From: a virus
Length of the DNA stretch: 64,000 nucleotides
Reading direction: 5' to 3' (one strand)
Virus record (IMG/VR): IMGVR_UViG_3300032236_000879
Span: 19,247 to 83,246 of that record
Shown in pieces: positions 39,169 to 49,009 of the stretch; positions within the stretch are counted from its first letter, which is position 1, and each line of letters opens with the position of its first letter. The translations under genes and the position numbers were made by a program. Below the pieces are notes generated by a model, which saw only the letters and a program-made list of their open reading frames with translations, ran no database searches and was not told the origin of the DNA.

Positions 39169-41690
39169 TTTTAAAAAGCGATGGTACAATACTAACGACT
39201 ATTGCCGACGGCACTATCAACACGACCAGTACTCCTCTAGGGCTACCGGGTAGGCTCTATCCTGGCTACGGTCAGGTAATCGACACTGACGTTGTACATC
39301 TTCTTGAGAATTTCGCAAACAGCTCACCGCCGACTGCTGCTCTTAGGGGGCAGCTATGGTTCAACACGACTAACAGTACACTCAATATAGCACCGAGTGA
39401 TTCACCTGCTGCTAGCGCATGGTTAACTATCGCTACTACAGGAAGTGATGGTGTTTTTGGTAATCTCACTATTACCGGCAACATCACTGCTAATAATGCT
39501 GCAATAAGCAACAATACTACATCTAATACAATCACTGTCAATTATGCAACAGTCAATGTGAGTGCGAATATCACTAACGCGAACGTGACTGGTAATTTTG
39601 TTGCAGCTAATGTTCTAACTAACTTGATCAGCACTGGTGCACAAGTACTACCGGGACAGATGATTGGAACTTGGACTGTTTCAGGCGGACAGAACGGTAA
39701 TTCATTATATGTTAATGCCGGTAACCTTGTGATCAGTAATGCAGGTTATGGTATCAAGACTGACTTATACATGTACGCTAATGGTCAGCAAGTAAGTTTT
39801 AATGGTACATATACTAATTCAAACGTAGCTGCATTCTTACCGGTATATGTAGGTGATATTGGATTAGTAGGCGGCGGCGCTAACTTGAACGGCAATGTAC
39901 TTAATACTGGTTCTTCTACTAATCCAGGAACTATCATAGGTAACTGGACTATTCAACCTGGTTCAAATCTCACTGGTCTTACTAATGTTCCGGGTTCAAT
40001 CGTTACTGGTATTGTTGCTAATGCTAATACATCATTGTATACTGTGAATGTTTTAGGCATCAATCAGCCTAATATTGTTTCAGTCGGTACTTTGACTTCA
40101 CTGAATATCAGTGGATCATTGACTTCAGGCCAAATAATATCTACTGTTACTACTGGAACTCCTCCGCTGACTGTGTTGTCAAATACTAAAGTTTCAAATC
40201 TTAATGCTGATCTGCTTGATGGATACACTACTGACGTTGGTCCTACTGCAAATACTATTGCAACCAGAGACGCTCAAGGAAATGTTTCAGCTAATTACTT
40301 CTTAGGTAACGGTGCTCTTCTTACTGGCATCAATAATTTTACTTCTAACATATTCAATGGTACTTCTAATATAAACATTGCAACTCCAAACGGTAATATT
40401 GTTGCGTCTGTTAACGGAACAAGCAATATACTAACTATTTCAACAGTTGGTGCCAATATTTTAGGAACAGTGACTGCTACTGCATTCGTGGGAGATGGTT
40501 CTAGACTTACCAATATACCTGTAGGAAATATTAGCGGCACTATTTCAAACGCAAACTATGCGTCATATGCTGGTAATATTATCAATTCTTCTCAACCAAA
40601 TATCACTTCAATCGGTACGCTCACTTCGCTTAACATTAGCGGAAATCTGAATGCAGGTAATGTAATCAGTTCATTCTTCGGAAGCGGTGCAGGGTTAACT
40701 AACATCCCAGCAGGAAATATAATAGGAACAGTTAGCAGTGCTGTATCTGCTACTAGTGCTTCGACTGCTGGTTCCGCCACAACTGCTGGTACAGTAACAA
40801 CTAATGCTCAACCAAATATCACAAGCGTAGGAACACTAACATCACTTAATGTTTCCGGTAGGGTAAATGCAGCTTCATTTGCAGGCGACGGCTCTGCTCT
40901 AACGAATCTTACCGTAGGTAATATTAGCGGTACGATTTCAAATGCAAATTATGCAGCATATGCCGGTAATATTATCAATTCTTCTCAACCAAATATCACT
41001 TCAATCGGTACACTCACTTCACTTAATGTTACCGGAAATATAACAGGTTCAAATATTTCTGGAAATCATTATGGCAATGGATTTGCGCTGACCAATATAA
41101 ACGGATCTAATGTCAGCGGAACAGTAGCTCTTGCGGTATCTGCTGGTACAGCAAATACTGCTAGCACTGTCACTACTGCGGCACAGCCAAATATCACAAG
41201 TTTAGGAATACTATCTGGATTGGGTGTTGTTGGTACAGTAAATGTTACCGGAACTATGACAGTAAGTGGTAACTCGTCATTCGCAACTGGAACACAACAA
41301 GTTAGAGATATAATCGAACAAGTTAATCTTTCTGGATCAGCTATTTCAGGGTCAATCAATGTCAATTTGATCGGCCCCTCAGTCAATTATTTTACCACTA
41401 ATGCTGCAGGAAATTGGGCTATCAATTTTATAGGAAATAATTCTGTAACCGTTAATTCTTATCTAGGAGTTGGTCAATCTGCAACTACGACAGTGCTGGT
41501 TACGATAGGTTCAAGTGCATATTATCCGTCTGTGTTTTCTATTGACGGTGTATCTGTTACTCCTAAATGGCTGGGTGGGTCCGCTCCTTCTTCCGGTAGT
41601 GCTAACAAGGTTAATGTTTACACATTCACTATCGTAAAGACCGGTTCTTCAGCTTTCACGGTATTTGCTTCAGTGTCAAATTACGGATAA
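39156..41690 (+). CDS. Tail fibre protein
   Basis: GTG start after GGAG; N-terminus paralogous to 42679; repeated QPNITS.GTLTSL units; C-terminal PKWLGG.AP...VYTFTIVKTG domain. Confidence 0.75.
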   Translation: MSYVILKSDGTILTTIADGTINTTSTPLGLPGRLYPGYGQVIDTDVVHLLENFANSSPPTAALRGQLWFNTTNSTLNIAPSDSPAASAWLTIATTGSDGVFGNLTITGNITANNAAISNNTTSNTITVNYATVNVSANITNANVTGNFVAANVLTNLISTGAQVLPGQMIGTWTVSGGQNGNSLYVNAGNLVISNAGYGIKTDLYMYANGQQVSFNGTYTNSNVAAFLPVYVGDIGLVGGGANLNGNVLNTGSSTNPGTIIGNWTIQPGSNLTGLTNVPGSIVTGIVANANTSLYTVNVLGINQPNIVSVGTLTSLNISGSLTSGQIISTVTTGTPPLTVLSNTKVSNLNADLLDGYTTDVGPTANTIATRDAQGNVSANYFLGNGALLTGINNFTSNIFNGTSNINIATPNGNIVASVNGTSNILTISTVGANILGTVTATAFVGDGSRLTNIPVGNISGTISNANYASYAGNIINSSQPNITSIGTLTSLNISGNLNAGNVISSFFGSGAGLTNIPAGNIIGTVSSAVSATSASTAGSATTAGTVTTNAQPNITSVGTLTSLNVSGRVNAASFAGDGSALTNLTVGNISGTISNANYAAYAGNIINSSQPNITSIGTLTSLNVTGNITGSNISGNHYGNGFALTNINGSNVSGTVALAVSAGTANTASTVTTAAQPNITSLGILSGLGVVGTVNVTGTMTVSGNSSFATGTQQVRDIIEQVNLSGSAISGSINVNLIGPSVNYFTTNAAGNWAINFIGNNSVTVNSYLGVGQSATTTVLVTIGSSAYYPSVFSIDGVSVTPKWLGGSAPSSGSANKVNVYTFTIVKTGSSAFTVFASVSNYG
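40521..41027 (+). repeat. Intragenic direct repeat (~115 bp, offset 393 bp)
   Basis: 47-bp identical core at 40572-40618 and 40965-41011. Confidence 0.85.
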
Positions 41691-41695
41691 GTCAA

Positions 41696-42643
41696 ATGAC
41701 TAGGTTATCAACATTTAGTGCAGATAGTTATAGAGCGTGGGTAGGTCCAGCTGCATCTACGGACACACATTGTGCTAATAGTGGATATACCTTTCCTCTA
41801 CTAATACCTAACTCATCTGATGGATACACACTGTCACAATTAGGTACACCTCAGTATAATGCACATGCATGGACTATAAACACAGGATATATCAAATACT
41901 TGATCAATGGTCAAGGAAGAGGTATTTTTGGAAACGGTACTATCGGAAACACAAGCCCGTCGGAATATATGTTGCTATATGATCCTACTGGGAAAGGCAA
42001 CTACACCTATGGTCTGTTCGATGACTGTTTTCAACCTGGTACACCCCATGAAATGGGTATTTTTAGCATAGACGATGCTGTATTTTTAGGGGGCGGAAAT
42101 GAACCAACCTTTGGAAACAATCCTGCCAATGGAACAGTTTTATCCTGGCAAGTTTCTGATGGTAGAATCGTAGTTCTAATGGGTAGCACTACTTGGGGAC
42201 ATGCAGTCTTTCAATATTTTTCTTATCCAGGTGAATCTATAGTCCGTATGCAAATGTCGTACACTAATACAACTTCATCTAACCATTTTATACTGGCGCA
42301 ACGCGGCGGCGATTGTGATTTCGATCAATACCCCACTTTCAATGATCGGGGAATTTCACCGACTGCACCTGCTAATGTAGCTTATTCTATCGGTCAGTTA
42401 ACAACAAAATCAGTGTGTCTTTATACTCCGGGTAATTCATATACATGTAATACATCAGTCATTGCTGATTGGCCATTGTATGATCCTGGACAAGTTCTAA
42501 CTGGAATTAATAACGGAATCGGAGATTATTCGATTTATAGTGCATGGAATTTAGGAACAGTTTCTCCGGGTCAGACCGTATATGTGACCTGTTTTTATAT
42601 AGTAGGATTAGGGTTATCCGAATTCCCTACTTATATATGTTAA
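41696..42643 (+). CDS. Hypothetical protein, probable fibre tip/receptor-binding partner
   Basis: Directly follows the fibre gene; starts MTRLSTFSA; beta-rich Gly/Tyr/Thr composition. Confidence 0.45.
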   Translation: MTRLSTFSADSYRAWVGPAASTDTHCANSGYTFPLLIPNSSDGYTLSQLGTPQYNAHAWTINTGYIKYLINGQGRGIFGNGTIGNTSPSEYMLLYDPTGKGNYTYGLFDDCFQPGTPHEMGIFSIDDAVFLGGGNEPTFGNNPANGTVLSWQVSDGRIVVLMGSTTWGHAVFQYFSYPGESIVRMQMSYTNTTSSNHFILAQRGGDCDFDQYPTFNDRGISPTAPANVAYSIGQLTTKSVCLYTPGNSYTCNTSVIADWPLYDPGQVLTGINNGIGDYSIYSAWNLGTVSPGQTVYVTCFYIVGLGLSEFPTYIC

Positions 42644-42648
42644 GAAAT

Positions 42649-42656
42649 GATAAATA
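42649..42656 (+). promoter_or_regulatory. T4-like late promoter GATAAATA
   Basis: Intergenic, followed by a GGAG RBS. Confidence 0.7.
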
Positions 42657-42678
42657 AAAATAACGGAGTGATTGAACG

Positions 42679-43905
42679 ATGGCATATACGATTGTAAAAA
42701 CTGATGGTACAGTATTGACTACCATCGCAGATGGTACTATTAATACAACTAGTACCTCTATTGGATTACCTGGTAGAAACTATGCAGGTTACGGACAGAC
42801 ATTGGACACAAATTTTGTCCATACACTAGAAAACTTCGCTGCATCTACTCCTCCTGCTAACCCATTGAGAGGTCAACTTTGGTTCAATACTAATAATAGC
42901 ACATTATATGTTTGCCCTGCTGACGGTACTACATCTGCCTCATCTTGGTTATCACTCACTTCAACTGCTTCAGGTGGTTCAACTACGTTCGGTGCTGTCA
43001 ACGTAACAGGTAATGTTCAATCAAACAACCTAGCTGCAACTAATGGTGTTTCTGCTAACGTAGTCACTTCTAACTATCTCACCATCAGCGCAAATGCAAC
43101 AATCGCTAATGCGTCAATTGCTAATGCAAATGTAACTACCCTATTGACTGTTGCAAATATCACTTCAGGTGGCCAGTCAGTCCCTGGCAACTTGACAGGC
43201 GGATGGACAGTAAATGGTTCTGTCACTGGCAACGCTCTTATAATCACGAACGGTAATCTAGCGGTAAGCAATTCTGCTGGTGCTAACCTGTACGGTATTC
43301 TCTGCGACAGATATATGTATGCGAACGGTACTCCAATCAGCTTCGCAGGTACATATAGTAACGCAAATGTTCAAGCATATCTTCCTACTTATACAGGTAA
43401 CGTAGGAACAACTGGTGCAACGTTCTATGGCAACGTACTAACGACTGGGGCAAACACTACTACAGGTGCGATCACAGGCAACTGGTCATTGACAACTGGT
43501 TCACGACTCAATGCTACTTACGCTGACTTGGCTGAGCGTTTTGCGGCTGATGATGTATATGATGCAGGAACGGTTGTTTCTCTAGGCGGAGAAGCAGAGA
43601 TCACTGCTGTTAAATATGAACTCTCAGAAGATGTATTTGGTGTTATCTCTGACACTGCTGCGTATTTGATGAACTCGGCCGCAGGTGATGATACGACACA
43701 CCCTGCTGTAGCAGTTTCGGGGCGTGTTCCTGTTAAGGTTCTTGGATCCGTCAAGAAGGGTGATCGTCTAGTCAGTGCAGGAACTGGTCTTGCTCGTGCT
43801 GCTAAGGGCGGAGAAGCTACTCCATTCAACGTGATCGGCAGAGCATTAGAAAACAAGACTGATATTGGTGTCGGATTTGTCGAAGCCTTCGTATCGATTA
43901 AGTAA
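42679..43905 (+). CDS. Tail fibre protein with C-terminal intramolecular-chaperone/autocleavage-like domain
   Basis: ATYADLAERF..D..Y.AGTVV..GG..EIT...VAVSGRVPVKV.G.VKKGDRLVS motif; N-terminus LPGRNYAGYG...NFVH.LENFA...P..PLRGQLWF. Confidence 0.75.
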   Translation: MAYTIVKTDGTVLTTIADGTINTTSTSIGLPGRNYAGYGQTLDTNFVHTLENFAASTPPANPLRGQLWFNTNNSTLYVCPADGTTSASSWLSLTSTASGGSTTFGAVNVTGNVQSNNLAATNGVSANVVTSNYLTISANATIANASIANANVTTLLTVANITSGGQSVPGNLTGGWTVNGSVTGNALIITNGNLAVSNSAGANLYGILCDRYMYANGTPISFAGTYSNANVQAYLPTYTGNVGTTGATFYGNVLTTGANTTTGAITGNWSLTTGSRLNATYADLAERFAADDVYDAGTVVSLGGEAEITAVKYELSEDVFGVISDTAAYLMNSAAGDDTTHPAVAVSGRVPVKVLGSVKKGDRLVSAGTGLARAAKGGEATPFNVIGRALENKTDIGVGFVEAFVSIK

Positions 43906-43917
43906 TAAGGAACACAC

Positions 43918-44874
43918 ATGAGTTACGCACAATATGGTACAGTCCAGGCAACAGACTTTAACGCACTAGCGGGCGGTAACCCTACTACGACTGCTAATAC
44001 ATTGAATGCAGTATGGGCAACAGGTGGAACCAGTGCAGGTTACGGTCAGCCTGCACTATCAAATGTCGCTGCTGGACAGACAGTTGCTGCAACTTCACAG
44101 TGGGCTACCCTAGTGGCAAATACAGCAAGTGCAGCAACTCACCAAGGTTCAGCAATCACTGCTGTTACCGCACCGGTAGCTGGTGGCACAATAACATACT
44201 TGTCAGCTATTCCAACTAACCTAACTACGATTTATACTAACAGGTTAAATGCTGCTTCACAAGGTTCAACAGGTACAACCTCAGCCAACCGTGCATCAAC
44301 ATGGTCAAACAACTTAGTGTTTACTCTGTCGGCTACATTTGCGAACGGTGATGCTGCTCGCTATTTCTTTAATGCCGGCGGACAACTCAAGATCACATTC
44401 AGTCATCCAACTGGTACAACCATCGACAACTCATTGAACGCACTTGCTACTGCTTGCGGAACTGTTGTTCTTTCAGCACCGACTAGTGGTACGATTACTG
44501 TAGCATCTACTTCATATAACGGTGTAACTAAGATTGGTGGTAGCGGAACAGTAAATGCGATTTCTACCAACTCAGGATATTATGCTTGGACTACTGCAAA
44601 CACTCAGGTATTCAAACAGCTAGTTGCTTCTGCACCCGTCGGATATACAAATACAAACATCAATTTGAATGTAAAGACCAATGGTCCAGTTGGTACAAAC
44701 GGTGACGTTGGTAACGTGATCACAATCTACGCAAACTGGGCAGAACTTACTTCAACAGGACTAACCGCATCAGTAGGTTCAAACACAATCCTTACTGTGG
44801 CTTATCCAGAGACAACTAATATATCAAATACATGGGGAGCAGTAACTCTGGCTGCTTCAGTAACAGGCGCTTAA
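43918..44874 (+). CDS. Virion structural protein (fibre-associated)
   Basis: Thr/Ala/Gly-rich; GYGQ and ARYFFNAGG motifs; AAGGA RBS. Confidence 0.55.
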   Translation: MSYAQYGTVQATDFNALAGGNPTTTANTLNAVWATGGTSAGYGQPALSNVAAGQTVAATSQWATLVANTASAATHQGSAITAVTAPVAGGTITYLSAIPTNLTTIYTNRLNAASQGSTGTTSANRASTWSNNLVFTLSATFANGDAARYFFNAGGQLKITFSHPTGTTIDNSLNALATACGTVVLSAPTSGTITVASTSYNGVTKIGGSGTVNAISTNSGYYAWTTANTQVFKQLVASAPVGYTNTNINLNVKTNGPVGTNGDVGNVITIYANWAELTSTGLTASVGSNTILTVAYPETTNISNTWGAVTLAASVTGA

Positions 44875-44900
44875 TTTTTTAATCGTACAGGGGTATCCAT

Positions 44901-44907
44901 CTAAATA
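44901..44907 (+). promoter_or_regulatory. Late promoter variant CTAAATA
   Basis: Upstream of the AGGAG RBS of 44921. Confidence 0.5.
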
Positions 44908-44920
44908 CTTCTAGGAGCAT

Positions 44921-45229
44921 ATGATGGATACCAAAACCTTACTTACAGAGGCGCGGGCTAGATTTAATCACAATTCAGCTAAAGCCTATCTCAAAGAAAA
45001 ATATGAAGCCAAACTGCTTATCGCAGAACAGGGAGGGTTATGGAAGGCTGACCAACAAACAATTGCCTTTCTGACATCTTCACTTGAAGACCATATGGTT
45101 CTAATTGACACCTTCGGCAATCCAGTAAAAGTAAATAGGTATGATTTGGCTACTAAATTAGAGCAGACCTATTCTATTGTAATGGAAGAATGGTATCAAG
45201 AATGGAAAGAACTTGAGACTAAAAGATGA
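44921..45229 (+). CDS. Hypothetical protein
   Basis: ORF with AGGAG RBS, coupled to the downstream glycosyltransferase-like genes. Confidence 0.6.
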   Translation: MMDTKTLLTEARARFNHNSAKAYLKEKYEAKLLIAEQGGLWKADQQTIAFLTSSLEDHMVLIDTFGNPVKVNRYDLATKLEQTYSIVMEEWYQEWKELETKR

Positions 45230-46038
45230 CACGTGGAGTAATCCTGTTTGCATTTAACACTGAGAAGTATAATTACTACGAGATGGCGGAATATACTGCT
45301 AGACGTATTAATTATTTTCTTAATCTACCTGTAACTATCATCACTGACGAAGATTCATATCCTGACAACCCTGAATATTCCTGGGATAATGTGATCAAAG
45401 TAATTCCGGACAAGAACAATACCCGTGTATGGGGAACATGGATCAATAAAGGTAGATGGCAAGCATATGATTTGACTCCATATGATGAAACCTTATTGAT
45501 TGATGTAGACTATGTTGTTAATTCTAATAAGCTATCAAAGTTATTTAATATCTATGATGACTTCATCTGCCATAATACTATTGACTTTCTGATGCAGCCC
45601 AACTCTGAACAAGAAAAGATCAGTTTTTATGGTTATAATTCTTTGTGGGCAACAGTAATCATATTTAAGAAGACTGATTACTCTAAGCGTATTTTTGAAT
45701 GTATGCAGATGGTACAGAATAATTATGAGTACTACATGAATTTACATTCGTTCAATACTGGTATCTATCGTAATGATTATGCATTGACTATCGCAATGGA
45801 TATTGTTAATGGACATTTGACTTCTAAGAATGATTTTATTCCTTGGAATCTAATACATATTGGAAGTAATACCCAGATTTATAAAACTAATGACGATGAA
45901 TTGGATACTGAATTCACTGTAACATTTGACAACTGGCAGCGAGGAAAAATACGTAAAGAATATTTGACTATCAAAGACTTAGATTTTCATGTCATGGATA
46001 AAGACCTCTATGTGGGGATCATAGAAAATGGAAAGTAA
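45226..46038 (+). CDS. GT-A fold glycosyltransferase-like protein (GT8/mannosyltransferase-like)
   Basis: TPYDETLLIDVD (DxD), LWATVIIF.K, YRNDYA motifs. Confidence 0.6.
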   Translation: MTRGVILFAFNTEKYNYYEMAEYTARRINYFLNLPVTIITDEDSYPDNPEYSWDNVIKVIPDKNNTRVWGTWINKGRWQAYDLTPYDETLLIDVDYVVNSNKLSKLFNIYDDFICHNTIDFLMQPNSEQEKISFYGYNSLWATVIIFKKTDYSKRIFECMQMVQNNYEYYMNLHSFNTGIYRNDYALTIAMDIVNGHLTSKNDFIPWNLIHIGSNTQIYKTNDDELDTEFTVTFDNWQRGKIRKEYLTIKDLDFHVMDKDLYVGIIENGK

Positions 46039-46789
46039 TAGAGGTTTTGTCATCATGGCACAGGGTGATGATTATGTCAAATGCGCCCAAGCTCTAGAAC
46101 TCAGCATCAAGCGAGTGATACCTGATGCCAATGTGACCATCGTCACGACTGGTATGCTACCGCACGGCGATCAATGTCCCAACACATTGTGGAAGTTACA
46201 GAATGACTGGCAAGTCTATGAAGCGAGTCCGTACGAGTACACGATCAAGCTAGAAGCAGATATGTTTCTTCCGCGTCCAATCGATTATTGGTTCGATGCG
46301 CTACAAGATCGTGATGTAGTTATCTGCACTCGAATGAAGAACTTCATGCAAGAAGATTCTACTATTACTTTCTATCGTAGATTCATTATTGAGAATAAAC
46401 TTCCTGACACTTATAACGGTATCACTTACTTCAGAAAGTCGCCGCTCGCACAGCAGTTTTTTGAGATGACTAGGACTATCTGGGAGAATTGGGAAGAGAT
46501 TCGTAAGACGATGAAATGTAACGTTGATGAACTAGCTACCACTGATTGGGTATACGCAATAGCATCTCATGTGATAGGCGTTGAGAAAACAACTTTACCG
46601 CAATTTGAGCCGATGGCAATGGTGCACATGAAGCAGTACATCAACGGGACACCCACAGAAGACTGGACTAAGACGTTCACTTGTGAGTTACTACCGCACA
46701 CGATCAGGGTCAACACGATTCCTCAGTTGTATCCATTTCATTATCACATGAAGCATTTCGCTGACATTATTCTGGAGAAACTCAAATGA
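46028..46789 (+). CDS. GT-A fold glycosyltransferase-like protein, paralog of 45226
   Basis: SPYEYTIKLEAD (ExD), LPDTYNG.TYF.K, MVHMK, PFHYH motifs. Confidence 0.6.
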   Translation: MESNRGFVIMAQGDDYVKCAQALELSIKRVIPDANVTIVTTGMLPHGDQCPNTLWKLQNDWQVYEASPYEYTIKLEADMFLPRPIDYWFDALQDRDVVICTRMKNFMQEDSTITFYRRFIIENKLPDTYNGITYFRKSPLAQQFFEMTRTIWENWEEIRKTMKCNVDELATTDWVYAIASHVIGVEKTTLPQFEPMAMVHMKQYINGTPTEDWTKTFTCELLPHTIRVNTIPQLYPFHYHMKHFADIILEKLK

Positions 46790-47127
46790 GTGATAATAAT
46801 GAAGAAATGTTTATTTGGGAAGCTCCGGTAGTTCAAAAGCCGGAATTCCGGCTTTATTATGATGACTTAGGCAATGTTATCTGTTATACTTGTGAGAAGT
46901 TAGAAGGAAACTTCATCGTTATCGATGCATCAACCTTCGCTGAGAGTAGGCCTGATGTCAGGGTCATTGACGGTAGAATCATTAGGGATGCACCTAACGC
47001 TACTATTGTGAGATTGATACCTAGCACAGAAGGAACTCTCTGTGCAATAGAAGACTTGAGTGTTATCGTCAGTGAAGATGATGACATTGAAAAGCAATAT
47101 TGGAAACTGAAAGTATATGAACTCTAA
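46786..47127 (+). CDS. Hypothetical protein
   Basis: ATGA-coupled ORF; EFRLYYD..G motif. Confidence 0.6.
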   Translation: MSDNNEEMFIWEAPVVQKPEFRLYYDDLGNVICYTCEKLEGNFIVIDASTFAESRPDVRVIDGRIIRDAPNATIVRLIPSTEGTLCAIEDLSVIVSEDDDIEKQYWKLKVYEL

Positions 47128-47150
47128 AGCTTTTATTGAAAGCTCAAGAC

Positions 47151-47158
47151 GATAAATA
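47151..47158 (+). promoter_or_regulatory. T4-like late promoter GATAAATA
   Basis: Intergenic, followed by an AAGGTG RBS. Confidence 0.7.
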
Positions 47159-47174
47159 TAACATAAGGTGAAAC

Positions 47175-47348
47175 ATGATTAGTATTAATTTTTCTTTTGA
47201 CACGCAATATGGAACTTTTAGTGATGCTCTGTGGCTTTCAGAAAATCACACCTTTACCGATGCAGAAATTGAAGAAATGAAGCAACAAAGATTAACTGAT
47301 TGGTTAGCCTTCATCGAACAACCTCAGGTTAATGTGAATGGCCAATAG
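47175..47348 (+). CDS. Small acidic hypothetical protein (57 aa), possible chaperone/partner of the downstream fibre
   Basis: Below ORF-track cutoff: MISINFSFDTQYGTFSDALWLSENHTFTDAEIEEMKQQRLTDWLAFIEQPQVNVNGQ; RBS AAGGTG. Confidence 0.65.
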   Translation: MISINFSFDTQYGTFSDALWLSENHTFTDAEIEEMKQQRLTDWLAFIEQPQVNVNGQ

Positions 47349-48972
47349 ATATTGGGTAGGCGGTTCTGGAACATGGAGTACGTCTTCTACAACTAACTGG
47401 TCTGCCACTTCAGGCGGCACGAGCGGTGCATCTGCTCCTACTGCCGCTGATTCTGTGTTCTTTGATCAGGCAGGCACGTACACTGTTAGTGTTAGTGGAA
47501 CAGCACTTTGTCTAGATTTAAATATCTCGGCAGGTACTATTACATTTACTTCCGGTACAGGTATTACTATATCTGGTAATGTATCAATCACAAATGTAAC
47601 TCCAACGTGGTCAATCGGAGGATTGTTCACTTTCAACGCAACAACAGCAGTAACTATAGCATCTAATGGTTCAACATTTAATACTACCCTGTCATTTACC
47701 GGTGTTGGTGGATCCTGGCAGTTATTGAGTGCATTAAGAACTACCTCTCAAATCAATCTCCAAAATGGAACATTGAATTTAAATGGGTTTACTTTTACTG
47801 GTAGCACCTTCATCTCTTCCTATGCTTCTGCAAGAACACTTGCGTTTGGAACCGGAAATATCACGTTGAATGGTTCAGGTACTATATGGAGTACAGCAAC
47901 CGTCACAAACCTTACGATTACAGGAACTCCGGTGGTAAACATTTCTACCACTACTACTCTTACTACAGCACTATCTTTAGGTTCTCTTTCTGAAGCTAAT
48001 GCAATATCTGTTAATGTTACGTCAGGAACTTATGCCCTAAATATTTTCACTGGTAGCAGCGACACAGTGAAAGACCTAAATTTCACCGGGTTTGCCGGAA
48101 CATTAAACGCAATAACAACTACTGCTTCTATATATGGAAATTTAACTTTATCTAGTGGTATGACAGTAACAACAAGCGGTGCAACAGGTACACTACTATT
48201 TGGTGCTACTTCTGGCATTAAAACAATAACTACAGCTAGTAAATCAATTCCATATGCAGTTCAAATAAACGGATTGGGCGGTACTTGGCAGCTTCAAGAT
48301 ACATTTACCTCAACTTCAATCACTGGTTTAACGCATAGTAACGGTACGCTTGATTTAAACGGCAAAACACTTACTTTGGGTTCTGCTTATACAACTGGTA
48401 CAGGTACTAAAAATTTAACTTTTAATGGTGGAACATTGGTTATATCGCTTGCTTCACCTGCTGCATTTAATAATGCCGTTCCTACTGGATATACGACTAC
48501 TGCCGGTACTGGCACTGGCACGATTTCTATGACTGCTGCAACTGCTAAAACTTTTGTAGGAGGTGGTTCTACATTCAACTGTACGTTAAATCAAGGTGGA
48601 GCCGGAACGCTCACGATCACTGGTTCAAACTCATTTAATAATATCACAAATACAGTACAGCCTGCATCAATCTTATTCACTGCTGGTACAACTAACACGT
48701 TCAACAACTTCAATCTCGGCGGTAACCCCGCTGGCTTTATCACTATAGGAAGTGCTACTGCTGCCACCCATACCCTATCCAGTCCTAGCACAAGTATTTC
48801 AGGTAATTATCTATCTATTAGCTATTCCGTTGCGACTGGAACAGCAACATGGACTGCTAATAATAGTATTAACGGCGGCAATAATACTGGTTGGATCTTT
48901 CCGGCTATTGTACCGGGAGTATTTGTTCCATCCGGTGTTACAATAGCCGGCGGTGTAACCTTCTCCTATTAA
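47338..48972 (+). CDS. Beta-helix fibre/adhesin-like virion protein
   Basis: MANRYWVGGSGTW...W...P...D.V.FD start; repeated G.GG.WQL, NGTL.LNG units. Confidence 0.6.
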   Translation: MANRYWVGGSGTWSTSSTTNWSATSGGTSGASAPTAADSVFFDQAGTYTVSVSGTALCLDLNISAGTITFTSGTGITISGNVSITNVTPTWSIGGLFTFNATTAVTIASNGSTFNTTLSFTGVGGSWQLLSALRTTSQINLQNGTLNLNGFTFTGSTFISSYASARTLAFGTGNITLNGSGTIWSTATVTNLTITGTPVVNISTTTTLTTALSLGSLSEANAISVNVTSGTYALNIFTGSSDTVKDLNFTGFAGTLNAITTTASIYGNLTLSSGMTVTTSGATGTLLFGATSGIKTITTASKSIPYAVQINGLGGTWQLQDTFTSTSITGLTHSNGTLDLNGKTLTLGSAYTTGTGTKNLTFNGGTLVISLASPAAFNNAVPTGYTTTAGTGTGTISMTAATAKTFVGGGSTFNCTLNQGGAGTLTITGSNSFNNITNTVQPASILFTAGTTNTFNNFNLGGNPAGFITIGSATAATHTLSSPSTSISGNYLSISYSVATGTATWTANNSINGGNNTGWIFPAIVPGVFVPSGVTIAGGVTFSY

Positions 48973-48998
48973 TTTATTCTAGCATACCATATCCAGCT

Positions 48999-49004
48999 TA
49001 AATA
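48999..49004 (+). promoter_or_regulatory. Late promoter core TAAATA, 5 nt before ATG
   Basis: TTAAATA-taagc-ATG; no SD. Confidence 0.55.
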
Positions 49005-49009
49005 TAAGC

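Noticed and set aside
40521-41027. Diversity-generating retroelement TR/VR pair
   Set aside because: Mismatches are mostly synonymous and not adenine-specific, both copies are mid-gene, and no reverse transcriptase is present.
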